From Psilocybe cubensis (Eukaryota), in contig CM039009.1 in assembly GCA_017499595.2 (NCBI GenBank), forward strand, positions 372,001-436,000: a stretch of DNA of 64,000 bases. Reading direction: 5' to 3'. Shown piece by piece: positions 15,109 through 26,695 of this stretch. Below the pieces are notes generated by a model. It ran no database searches. It had not been told where the DNA came from and saw only the letters and a list, made by a program, of their open reading frames with translations. How positions within the stretch are numbered: position 1 is the stretch's first letter; each line of letters opens with the position of its first letter. The position numbers and the translations under genes were made by a program.

Positions 15109-16320
15109 ATGTCACTGGCATATACCGCAGAAGAACAAGTAGCCGTCGCTGCTGTGCGCAGGGCGTGCCAACTCACCTCATCAGTGTTCAACAAGCTCGT
15201 CAAGAACGAAACCCTTGTAAAGGGAGATAAATCTCCAGTAACCGGTAGGATATTTTCAAGGATCAGCGAAGTCTAGTTTACTGACTGTTTAGTTAGTGGG
15301 AGATTTCGCTGCTCAGGCTGTCATCAGCTCGATTCTGCACCACGCATTCCCAGCGGATCCCATTGTTGGGGAGGAAGATGCCTCAGATTTACGGGCCGAG
15401 TCTGGCAAGGAGATGAAAGACCGCATCGTTGCGCTAGCCAACGAAGCTATCACGGCCGAACTTGGGCTAGGTGACAATGCGAACTGGGGTATTGGCCCAG
15501 GTCAGGCCAAGTCGGACACTGAGCTCCTCGATGCTATCGATAGGGGCAACTATGAGGGTGGACGGATAGGACGTGAGCTTTCCATTGTTCGCTCACAGAT
15601 TCTTTCTTGACCTGTCTGTAGGAATGTGGACAATTGATCCTATTGACGGGACGAAAGGATTCCTTCGGGGAGAGCAGTACGCCGTATGCTTGTCTCTCAT
15701 CGTCGATTCAAAGGTGCAAGTTGGAGTCATCGGGTGCCCAAACCTCCCAGTCGACCCCGCAAACCCAGAGAAAGGCGTGGGATGCATTTTTGTTGCAGTT
15801 AGAGGCCAAGGTGCCCAACAGGTGCGCATCTATCTACTCAATCCCCTCTTGATGCATGATCTCTTTCACTTAGTTAACCCTCTCCGGAGCGAACCCCACT
15901 CCCCTGACCATCCCAGCGTCTACTCCAGAGACATTCAACTTTCTTGAATCTGTTGAGGCCGCGCACTCCTCTCACTCGTTCAATGACCGCGTCTCCTCAC
16001 TTTTGAACATTACAAGGCCACCTACGCGGATGGACAGCCAAGCCAAGTATGGCTGCCTCGCCAGGGGCGATGGTGGCGCGTACCTGCGCATGCCTACAGG
16101 TGTGGGCTACCGCGAAAAAATTTGGGATCATGCTCCGGGCCAAATTCTTGTTGAGGAGGCCGGCGGCATAGTTACCGATTCGAGGGGAGAGCCATTGGAC
16201 TTTGGCCTTGGACGTACTCTCGGCGAAAACTTTGGAGTCGTTGCTGCTGGAAAAGCCGACCATCCTCGCCTGCTGGCTGCTGTCCAAAAGGCTTTGGGAG
16301 AGGCTAAGGCCAAGGCGTAA
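15109..16320 (+). CDS. MET22: 3'(2'),5'-bisphosphate nucleotidase (inositol monophosphatase family)
   Basis: KGDKSPVT|VGDFAAQA, IVGEEDA, WTIDPIDGTKGFLRGEQYAVCL, RMDSQAKY, YREKIWDHAPG, EEAGGIVTD. Confidence 0.93.
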
Positions 16321-17076
16321 ATCAAGATTATCATGTAAGAACAGTGATCAAGAAATTTACTCGTTTGGCCGTCCTACTCTTTTGATGTAATATCTTTTAG
16401 ATTCAGGATTGACAGAGTGGTAGAATTTACTCAAGTATACGAAACCAGAATTCAAGTGCCTCGATGTTGAATATCGTAAGAGATAATGTTATTGATAAAG
16501 CTTGTCGGTACATGACCAACGTTTCTCGACCTCAACTAAATTCCAAAATTAAATGTCCAAGTCCAAGAAATCCATTCAAAACGTATAGTCGTATGGTCGA
16601 GACTCAAGGTGTCATTTGGAGAGCTGTAGGTAGATTATATGTGCCGAACTGATTGTAATTATCGTATGATGGTCTTCCTAGATGTGGAGGCCACAATACT
16701 CCTGGTATACTTGTCAGTGAAAGCACAATGGACACCAGTATTATTATTCGTGGCCTTGTTCAAACTTTATCGGTGTCTACTAAGTAAGATTACGGTGAGT
16801 CGACTAATTTTGTACTTTGCAACATCGTAACATCTATTCATTAACGTAAGCTCTCATGGGTGGCTGCAACCGAGTTCGTGGGTTGGAAAATACAAGGGCT
16901 ACCGCGGCTCAACCAGGACCAAGTTCACATCGTTTCCTGCATCCTGAAATGTTCTTATTCTTATTGGGGTCATATACCCTGCTATAATTCGTCATCCAAT
17001 ATCACCCATACAATATAAAGACTCCAACAGCCCCCGCAGGTATGCGATACGCCAACATCAATATCAACCACGACTC

Positions 17077-18257
17077 ATGGCTAGTGTAGGAACCGATGAC
17101 CAGACCGACCCAGTTGTCGCCACGCGCTTCCTCCAATGCTGGTTGGTGGGCAATATTATGGGCGCTCTTGCGTATGGCGTCTCTCTGACTTTGTCGTGGA
17201 ACTGCATTATCCTCTTGTCGAGGCCGACGTCGACTACCCCTGTTCGTATGCGGCGGCTTTTAATGGCTTTGATTGTGTTCATGTGCATGGTCTCGACTGC
17301 GGCGCTTATCTTGGCTACCGGAGGAGTTTTGAGGTGGAGCCAGAATCCAAGCACAGAGAGCCTTTTGATTGAACTAAAGGGTTCGCGTGTATGGGGCCAG
17401 CCGTATTCTTTGGTAGAGCTGATTCTGATTGTGCTTGCAACATGGTGCTCTGACGGATTCATGGTGTGCCGTTTGTTTGCATAATCGACTTATAGACTCA
17501 TTGCAATTTACCAGATTTGGCGCTGCATTATGCTTTATAGTGGTGTCTCTTCCAAGTCGAGGACAGCGATAATAAGCTTTGCTGCATTTATAATAACTGC
17601 TTCATTCGGTAAAACAATTTATTCTATTAATCGATGGTTTGTTGACGTTTTATTTGAACAGTTGCAGGAATTTGTGCGATGCTTACCATATTCAACGTCG
17701 TCATCTGGCAGAGATACTCTATCCTCTCGCTGTTCGCGCTGGTTTCCCTTGTGGCAAATGGCTCAATTGCAAGCCTCATCGTGGCCCGCATTGTTTACCA
17801 CCAAAAATTTCTTCGGAAAATATTTGGAAACGACTATGGTTCCGAATACACCAAAATTATGTCGATCCTCGTGGAATCCGCCTCCATCACGCTCACTCTC
17901 AACTTTCTTCACATCATTCTGGCAGCCGCGTACGGAAGAGTCACTGCAGTGGAGAGTCCTGCAAACATGATCATAATTAAATTGATCGTCCAAGTTAACG
18001 TGTGTAGAGCATATTTTAAAAATATCTGCATTTTGTGAAGACTTTTTTATGCTTGTTTACAGACTATCTCCCCGATTTTGATCATATTTCGAGTCGCGCA
18101 AGGACGAACGTGGCAGGTCGATCCTACGAGGTCATCGCCAGTTATAAATGGCGTAAATCTAGGTCATCTAAGTAGCTTGCATTTTGCAGCTCGTGATACT
18201 CATTCGGTGCATTCTCTTACTACTCTCGACGACTCTCGGCATACTGTGTCGGCTTAG
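17077..18257 (+). CDS. Agaricomycete-specific ~7TM membrane protein
   Basis: Multiple hydrophobic helices. Family-like motifs LATWCSDGFM|IWRC, LIVARI, ILVESA and ISPILIIFRVAQGRTW. Spliced frame ends at TAG 18255-18257. Confidence 0.8.
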
Positions 18258-18643
18258 AATCTTGCTTTCGATGTTCACTGTTTCGTTCTTGCTTGATTAA
18301 CTCATCATCATTGTATTTTTATTAACATATCACGTTTGTATTGGAATAACCACTGTATGAATATATAAGCAGCATGGATGGATCATCAACTTGAACAAAT
18401 TGGATCATAAATGTAAAGAGTTGTTCTGAACTTTTTCGATTCATCTCTACTCTGGGTGGCCTGAAATTCTGCTGAAATGAACACCGAAACTAAACCGTTC
18501 GAATTCAAGTTCCTTGAAGGAATATACCGGTTGAGTTTTTGTCTTCACGCTAAGACCTAAAGGTCGTGGGAATAACGCGCACACCAATAAATAGTGAAAC
18601 TTGGCACTCTCCCTCAGCCTCCTCTTCCTTTTTTCGTATAACT

Positions 18644-19408
18644 ATGGGCAGGGGCAACCACGGTTATGACGTCTTTGACATGTGTGACATGTTTGGTGGA
18701 GGAGGTGGCTATTACGGTGACGACTTTCACGGTTTGAACAAGGGAAGTTTCGCCCAGGTGTCCAATCGAGCAATGAGTGCCCTCTCAAGTGTGAGTACTA
18801 CCCAGCTGTTTAATTATTGTGCTCACCTCATGTTACTCAAGGCCAAATCTCATTTCCTTGAACATTTAAAAACCGTCGATACTAGCAGGGGTTCGGTGTC
18901 GCACGAGATCATCCGGTTTCATCTCGTTGCTGACACGCGAAAGCAGTTTGCGCAGTTTGTCAAGGAGTACGATTGCACGTAAGCTCTTTCCTCGCAGTAT
19001 TTTTTCGATTGAACCCCATCGTTCTTTTCAATAGCGCAACATTCAGACAACTCACACGCGAAGAGCAGGACAGATTCTACAAAAAGCGCAAATCGGTTCG
19101 ACAATTATCCTTTTTCATGGAAACTCACTAATATGCACATGTAGCTGATCCATTTTACTTCCGTAACTGTCACCCCTGAGGCCCAACAAGCCTACTTCTT
19201 GAAAAACCCTGCCATACCGAGGCCAGCGACTCTCGCAACTGCGACTATACCAGCTGCATCACCGGCGCCATGCAGGTCGAAAGTTGGTCCATTGCAAGAT
19301 GCTTTCAATAAGAAAGCAAAGCAGAAACGAAACGAAGCAGCCGCCAAATACGCTGCGTCTAACTCAAGCGTAAAAAAGATCAACACCTTTTTCAAAAAGA
19401 AAACATGA
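18644..19408 (+). CDS. Small hypothetical protein (4 exons)
   Basis: Three GT-AG introns join in frame from MGRGNHGYD to KKINTFFKKKT*. Basic C-terminus with a PIP-box-like IxxFF. Confidence 0.7.
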
Positions 19409-19596
19409 TCTTCCCCCCAGTTTTGTCTGGTTATTCTATTTTCATGATCAAGTTAGTACTCAAAATCATTGCTATAATCTCTTTGTAGGAGTGTCCGGTC
19501 CTACTCCACCTATACTACTAATGAATATTTCCGGCTTAAAAAAATTCATGCTGAGTAACAGGCTACATGTTCAAAATAATTGGGACCCGTGCAGTA

Positions 19597-19800
19597 TCAC
19601 TATCAGTTGAGAACCCGTAATGCTGAAGCCTGGCGGGCATCACAGGCCAGGAGGATGTGACTCCTATATGACCACTGGGGAACGGTGGGGGCAAGTCTGC
19701 ACTAGTTCGCACGGTATCAAGGGTAGCTCACCCTCAACACGATCTCTTCTGTTCCAAAGGTTCTCAACGCCACACAGGGTAGTCATTCGTCTGGTAGTGA
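19597..19800 (-). other. Intergenic segment able to form a nested multi-stem pseudoknot (candidate structured ncRNA or retroelement-LTR relic)
   Basis: Stems: 19597-19606/19791-19800; 19606-19615/19759-19768 (perfect 10 bp); 19658-19672/19769-19785 (15 bp on the minus strand, crossing the previous stem); 19714-19724/19730-19740 (11 bp on the minus strand); 19629-19634/19646-19651. Confidence 0.5.
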
Positions 19801-20181
19801 GATTTCATGTATGGCTTAGAGGACATAAACCTCAAACTTGTTTATACAAAAAAACTCCGGACTGCTGTTTTAGTTCATTATTGATGTTCAATCTCGACTG
19901 GTTTTGGAACCACCGTACAGGCGGCAAATCTCTATCCCAATAACCGAGATGCCCTCCAGAAAACTTTGAGAAAACCAAACTCTCAGACGCGCGTCAATTA
20001 TGCCACTCTCGTGGACGCGTTTATTACATAATCATACTGTCACAAATGTGGGTGACCGTGACGTATCGCGACTAAGCGTACGACTTGAACAGTTCCAACT
20101 GACTTCGACAATCTTCTCAAAACCAGGGACAAGCCAGGGAACCGTTTCAGCACCCATTACTGGGCCTCGGAGACACTAAAA

Positions 20182-23100
20182 ATGGCTCAGGCTCTATATT
20201 CGTCTTATGCAGATGTACTTTCAGTTTGCCAAACAATCGAAAACGATCTGGAAGCTGTACTAGATCCACAGACAGGATATGCACCTCGGATGCGGCAGAT
20301 ATGTCAAGAATAGTATGTTTAAGTTAGCCTAGCTATTATACAATACTGAATTCTGTATAGTATTGACCAATTAGAGGACCAGCCCAATAGCCACCAAGCA
20401 AGACATCAAATTGAGGTGTTACGCCTGGAGCAAAATACATGGGGGCTAATACAAGCCGTGTTACCGTGCGCCAATTTGGTTTTCTTGCTCAAACTCGTTC
20501 TGATTTGACTCAGAGCGCGGATAACAAAGTCTGCAACTGTTCCGACTGCACAAGAGTTGTTACTTGACAATCCATACACGCCACCGTCCACGCTCGCGCA
20601 GGCCATACTCAACAACTCTCATACCCTGAAAGAGCTTCTTGCCGTTCGCGAATGGCTGCAAGAAACTGCCCCCGTACCGACACCTCCCGAAGCGAACACA
20701 GGTTACTGGAAATTCACCAAACACACCATTATGCAAGGTGTACGCACAGGGCATGGTCAACGGGAAGGCCTGGTTTCTGAGATGGATCCCGATGCAATCA
20801 ACAGAGGCGATGGGGCTGCATTGGCACCAGACGACGCAGTAGGTTCATGATTAAAATAGCGTCGGATTTTGTTGACTTGCAGGAAGAGCTATGAAAAAAA
20901 CTTGCTACAAGCACTTTACGCATATGTCCGTGCAGGACGTTTGGAAGATGCCGTAGAAGCCTGTCGACGGGCACATCAACCCTGGCGAGCTTCGAGTATC
21001 CGTGGCTCTCTTCTGTTTCAGTGGAACGCTCTTTGTGCGTATTGTGGTCATATTTTGCACATACATCCTCATATTCTTTTAGCAACGTCTCCCATAGACA
21101 GAGAAGACGAAGACGAAGAGGATGAGGAAAGTATCTCCGGGAACCTCTCCAGGAATCTATGGAAATCAACGTGCATACGGGCAGCTCTAAACGTACGTCT
21201 CAGTATCACAGAAAAACAAGCTTCTAAGACCATCATAGCCAGCGTTGTCAGATCATGAACGAGTCCTGTTCGCCGCTATCGCACCTTCCTCACAAACTAG
21301 TTCTATTCTCAAGTCCGCATGCCGAACATGGGAAGACCATCTATGGGCGGAAATCAACATTCTCTGGGAAGAGAAAATCAACCAGGAGCTAGCTCGTCTA
21401 GAAAAGGGGAGCTTCTGGGCTTCCGGTGCCGATTCGCTTGACAAAGGGTTCATCGTCCTCACAGAGGCCGAGATGGTGCAGCGTGAAGAAGAGTGGGAGA
21501 AGGAAGTCACGAAGACGTTGGTCAATCTGGATAGCACTGCTGTTGTCGATGGGCAAGTTAAAACTAGTTTTGATCTTTTCATCACCTTAACCTTCTTTTC
21601 ACAGCCCTCTCGCAGAGCATGCGTTCCATTTCTCTCAACTTCATATTATCCTGGACAAGACTAACAAACTGCTGGACACATTCGCAGAGGATGTGAGGAA
21701 TGGCAAATATCCACGGAGCTCATTTGAGTAATTATTAACCGTTCGTTTATCCGGTTTGAACAATAGCTAACAAAAGCAACAGATATGACTCTATGTGCCG
21801 CTTTTTTGCACATTTTTGCTTATTTTTGCAAATGATTGATATCCCTGTACCATCAATTTCAACACAGACCATTCTGGAAACATATCTTCGAGTCCTTGAG
21901 GTTCGTTATACATCAAGCTCTGACGTCCAAGATGCATGCTTATATGCTGTTTATCTGCAGGAAGCTGGGCAAAGAGAACTTATTGCTTTGTACGCTGGAG
22001 CGCTCAAAACCAACGCAGTTGAACGTTACGCCGACTTCCTCGTCTCGCTGATGCTGGCCGCCGACTTTAACGAGCGCCGCCAGGCACTTGCAAGAGCGAG
22101 CGAACACGGGCTGGACGTCGTGCAAGTGGCAAGAGTCACAGCTGAGAGATCTCTTGACAAAGCTTTCAATGTATGCTTTCTATCTCTTTCCGACTGACTG
22201 CGGCGGACCACGCTGACGGCTATTGCATTACTTCTTACAGATGCTACCTCAGCATGGACGACTGCCAATTGTTACCGACCTACAGCCTCCGCCAAACGAG
22301 GCTGAGACTTTCCTTCTGCGCTCGATTGAATGGACGACGTTTAGAGAGGAGACCTACATCATTGCTCTCGAGCACGCGACAGAAATCATCCGCTACTTCC
22401 TCTGTACGTTGTACACAGTTTAGATTTTTCCTGTGGTCCTCTTTTCTTCCATTAGAATGACGCTGACGCCAAATTTTATTACTTTCTTCTTGACAAGGCG
22501 AGGGCCGTACGCACCCTGCACAAAAGTTGCTTCTCCTCTTACCTGAAGAGCTCGCTGCTATAGCGGAACCGGAGGAGATGGCTACCGAGTACATGCATTA
22601 CAGGCAATTCTTCGGGATTTGGGACGTCTTCAAGCAGATTGTAGAGTGTCAAGCAATGGAGAACAGCATTACCCATGGCCGTGGTGCAAGCAGGGAGGAG
22701 AAGGCGCGATGGATTGCTGAATATCGAGTACGTGCTGCAGGAGGGTAACTCAACACGCTTTCTAATTGATCTTTGAAGGGCCTTGTTGACCAAGCTCATG
22801 ATCAAACCCTCAAACTGTTGACCACAGAGTGGCTCGTCACTGAAGACGACGAGTATGATTCAGGTTTGTTTAATTCTAAGGTTCGGGAATATTTATCTAA
22901 TAATTTCATTAGGAACGGAAGCGAAGGAAAGGCGGCATAGAGATCTAATTAGAATACGACATATATTTGTACCAGAGCTCATTATCAAGTTGCACTATGC
23001 GTTATTCTACTCTCGCAAATATATCCCAGAGTCAGTCATCCATTCTTCGCACTATGCTAACATTCTGATATTAATGTACTTAATGTGTCCAGAAACTTGA

Positions 23101-23285
23101 AGCGTGCACTCGAACTGGCCAATGTAGTTGCAGATTCGCGTTATAACCTCTTCGAAGACTTTGTGGAAGGCGGCAAAACCATCGGTGACTATCTGGGCGC
23201 TGTACGCCAGGCAATCCTCGCGGGTTTGGAAGCCGAGAAGTCGTCGGACCCGTTCGCGGTCATCACCCATCATCCTAATAATTAG
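20182..23285 (+). CDS. NUP84: Nucleoporin Nup84/Nup107, multi-exon
   Basis: LRLEQNTWGL, LLAVREWLQETA, LVSEMDPDA, YVRAGRLEDAVEACRRAHQPWRASSIRG, CRTWEDHLWA, LIALYAGAL, IRHIFVPELI. Confidence 0.9.
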
Positions 23286-23603
23286 CTGTCTGGTTTTCTA
23301 GGTGGTTTCTTTGTAACAAGTGGATTGCAGTATTTATTTGTAATTTTCTTCCTTGTTCATGTTCATAATTTCGTTTGATCTGAGTTATTAATGTGAACAA
23401 CGGAACCCATCTACTTGCTTCAACCAGACCTAAGTAATAGATTGATGAAAATCAATGACCGATGACGATTATACCAATCATTGGTGATGAATTGATGAAT
23501 TGAATACTTTCATTACCATTGTGTTTTCATGACCTCTTGGCCATTCACTGCTGTCCACGGAAAAAATGGGACAATTGGAAAATCTGACGACAACAAAAAA
23601 AAT

Positions 23604-23675
23604 TACACCGAAGGGGAGTCGAACCCCTGCCGCTTGCTTGGAAGGCAAGCATGATAACCGCTTCACCATCGGTGT
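23604..23675 (-). tRNA. tRNA-Gly (anticodon TCC), intronless
   Basis: Cloverleaf: acceptor ACACCGA/TCGGTGT with discriminator A; D arm GTGA..TCAT; anticodon arm CTTGC-CTTCCAA-GCAAG; T arm AGGGG-TTCGACT-CCCCT. Followed by a Pol III T-run terminator. Confidence 0.95.
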
Positions 23676-23792
23676 TACGCTATTTACTGTTGTTTAACTT
23701 CTATGGGGTTAGGTTTTGGTGCTGCGCAGACTCCGATAACTGCTCCGAGTGCACTGTTAATTGTGACTTGTCCCTGGTATCCTTTTGCCACC

Positions 23793-25609
23793 ATGCAGCA
23801 CTTTGGGAAGGCAGCTCTCCGCGTCACCAAAAACTATACAAAAGGGTACTCAGATACGCAAGCAAAGGTTCGCGATGCCACATCCAATGATCCATGGGGG
23901 CCGTCGGGCACCCAGATGAACGAAATTGCACAGTTGACGTACAACCAGTGAGTTGTAACATCTGTTCGCTTCACTTGCGTTGATCAGAGGTCTGATAACG
24001 GTATTCTTGCACAGAAATGATTTCATTGAAATCATGGAGATGATAGACAAGCGTTTGAACGACAAGGGGAAGAACTGGCGCCATGTTTTCAAGGTTGGCA
24101 CTGTGTTACTTGTGGGTTAGACAATAGCTGAATGGCCCCGGCGAATCTTTCTTTCACTTTTGAATGACAGAGTTTGACATTACTGGACTACTGTCTTCAT
24201 CAGGGCTCAGAGAATGTTGTCATTTACTTCCGCGACAACATCTACGTGATCAAGACCCTCAAAGAGTTCCAGTACATCGACGAGGATGGCAAAGATCAAG
24301 GGGCTAATGTGCGACAGAAAGCCAAAGACATAACCAACCTACTCCAGGACGAAAATCGCCTACGCGAGGAAAGAAGAACTCGGGCATCGATGCGAGATCG
24401 AATGATTCGTGGTGCTAATGGCATGGAAAACGACGAACCAATGGACGAAAACGCGAGCAGGAGGACCGGAGGGTTGGCTGGTAAACGGCCTAACCGCGAT
24501 GAAGATGAACTCAGACGGGCGATTGAGGAGAGCAAGAAGTCACTCGCCCAGGAGCGACTAAACGCTGAGGAGAGGGATCTGCAACAAGCGCTCAAACTTA
24601 GTAAGGAAGAGGAAGAGAAGCGGAAGCAAGAAGTGGAAAATTCCAATGCTGCGTCTTTGTTCGACGACTCTAACCAACTGTAAGACCGACTGTATTTTCT
24701 CCTCTCTATGCTAATACTCATCAAAACAGGCCTCCTCCTAATGCCGTCAACAACAATCCTTTCCCGCTCGTCGATCCTACGCCATATGCCGTGGGCCTTC
24801 AGCCACAGTTCACCATCCAGCCGCAATTCACTTCTATGCAACCTCAGTTCACCGCGTTCAATCCATACCAGCAACAGGCTCAAGCAGAACAAGAGGCCGC
24901 GCAGGCCGAGTACTTGCGTCAGCAACAGTTATTCATGATGCAGCAACAAGCTCAGCAGCAGCAACAACAGCAACAGGAGGCTTGGATGCGTCAACAACAG
25001 CTTCTTCAAATGCAGCAACAACAGCAGAATCTTTTTGCACAGCAGCCGTTGCAGGTTCAGCCTACCGGATTCGGGTACGTCGTCTTTCTCTTTTCAGCCC
25101 ACAATCTCACGCGCATTCAATCAACCAGAAACAACAACCCATTTGCGCCGACCTCCCCAGCATCACTCTCACCATCACCACATCCAACAGCACAAACCTC
25201 TCCTACCTTTAACCTTGGTGGTACCTACGACAATCACTCACAGTCCCAACTCTCGTCTCTATCTTCTTCTCCCCAGCCGCCATCTCAACCCCAGTCCCAG
25301 GCCTCTAATCCCCGTCCATTCCATGTCAAAACGCGACAAAATGAGAACGAGGCGTTGGCGGCTCTGTTTGCCGATCGCGAGGGAGGTCAGGACACATTCG
25401 GCAACGTTGGTGCTTTAAGGTGCGTATCGCGGTTTGCGACCCCTGTGTATATTTATCCATTCCTTCTTTTCTGTCTCTTTAGGTACGGCTACACCGATGC
25501 CGGTAAATCGGTCATGGTGATGCAAAAGACTGGATCAGGACACAATCCTTTTGCTAAGCCACAGCAGCAGCAGCAAACCAATGCCGAGAGACCATTCTTC
25601 GACATCTGA
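23793..25609 (+). CDS. ENT1: Epsin (Ent1/Ent2-type endocytic adaptor)
   Basis: ENTH domain (KVRDATSNDPWGPSG, LNDKGKNWRHVFK, DQGANVRQKAK). Two UIM-like repeats (DEDELRRAIEES, EERDLQQALKLS), polyQ tracts, NPF motifs and C-terminal PFFDI. Confidence 0.92.
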
Positions 25610-26414
25610 GCCTTTTGACTTTTATTACCGCAAGATCAAATGGCCTGAACAGGGTGTTATATCTTTTCACCCGACAGCAATCTTTTTCATTCTCTTGTCG
25701 GACTTTTGGCTATACATGTTACATTCTAATTTCCTCCTTCATTCCTTCCTTCCCAATTCATTAGTCGCCAGTTTGATTTCCTTGCTCAATCCCTTGTTTA
25801 CATACCACCCCTCCGTGAAATGACTGCGCCACAAAACATATATGTCTTTTTTATGATGGTTGTTTTTTGCTTACACTATCTGGTTGTAGACCTCTCTTTA
25901 CATCTTCCTTCCTCGCCCAGGTTTTTCGTGTAGTCACACCTTATCACATCTCTTTCTTCACCTGCGTTCCTCCTCCTCACGCCCCCGTTCCTTTTGTGTT
26001 CTCTTATTTAGTCAGGCCTTTGTTTAAATTGGAGGCCATCAATCATTCACTATACCTATACCTCTTTTGTTCGTTTCCGTTTGTCTGTCCTATGTTTAAC
26101 GGTTTATTTATGCAGCAAATAGCTGAATGATGCATCTCAACATGATACGTGGTGTGGATTTCCTTTTCAATAGGCTATTAGCCAGTGATATCATTCACAA
26201 ATCAGGGTATACGTTGGATACAAGAACATGATGGGGTGGTGATGTGCAGAAGACAAAAAATATACTTTGAAGGAGCGGTACCGGCGCAATATGGGCTATG
26301 GATCAAGATGTTAAGTATCATAATGATTACTGTTGTACAAGAAAAAACACACTGGAGACAAGTTTTAGTCACACGCCTGAAGTGAATACATGTGGGTTCT
26401 TGTGGATGTGTTAG

Positions 26415-26442
26415 ATGTATGTATGTATGTATGTATGTATGT
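26415..26442 (+). repeat. (ATGT)7 microsatellite
   Basis: Perfect tetranucleotide run between two convergent genes. Confidence 0.9.
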
Positions 26443-26695
26443 GTAACAGTGAATTATGTTATAGCGGCAAGAAGAGGTGTTTATGAAAATGAGTGAGCGG
26501 GCAAGTGATGAAAGCGACGAATGAAAGACCGATATCCAAGTGTTATGTAGCAAAATCTAAGCACCAAAAAAACCAAGTTGCAGCAAAAGAAAAGAGAGGC
26601 GACCTTCGAAAGTCGAAAGTATGGGATGGACCCAAAGAAAAGTACTTACAGCAAGGAAGGTAAAAATGAAAAACAAAAAAGAAAGAAAGCCCAAA

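Noticed and set aside
19597-19800. RNase P/MRP identity for the structured element (similar P1-P2-P3-P4 topology on the plus strand)
   Set aside because: The conserved CR-I GGAAxGUC motif is absent and G-U wobbles favour the opposite strand.
24296-24925. Long antisense ORFs (here and over MEF1, the Ser/Pro protein, CCH1 and the RING gene)
   Set aside because: Shadow frames of real coding exons, with no motifs of their own.
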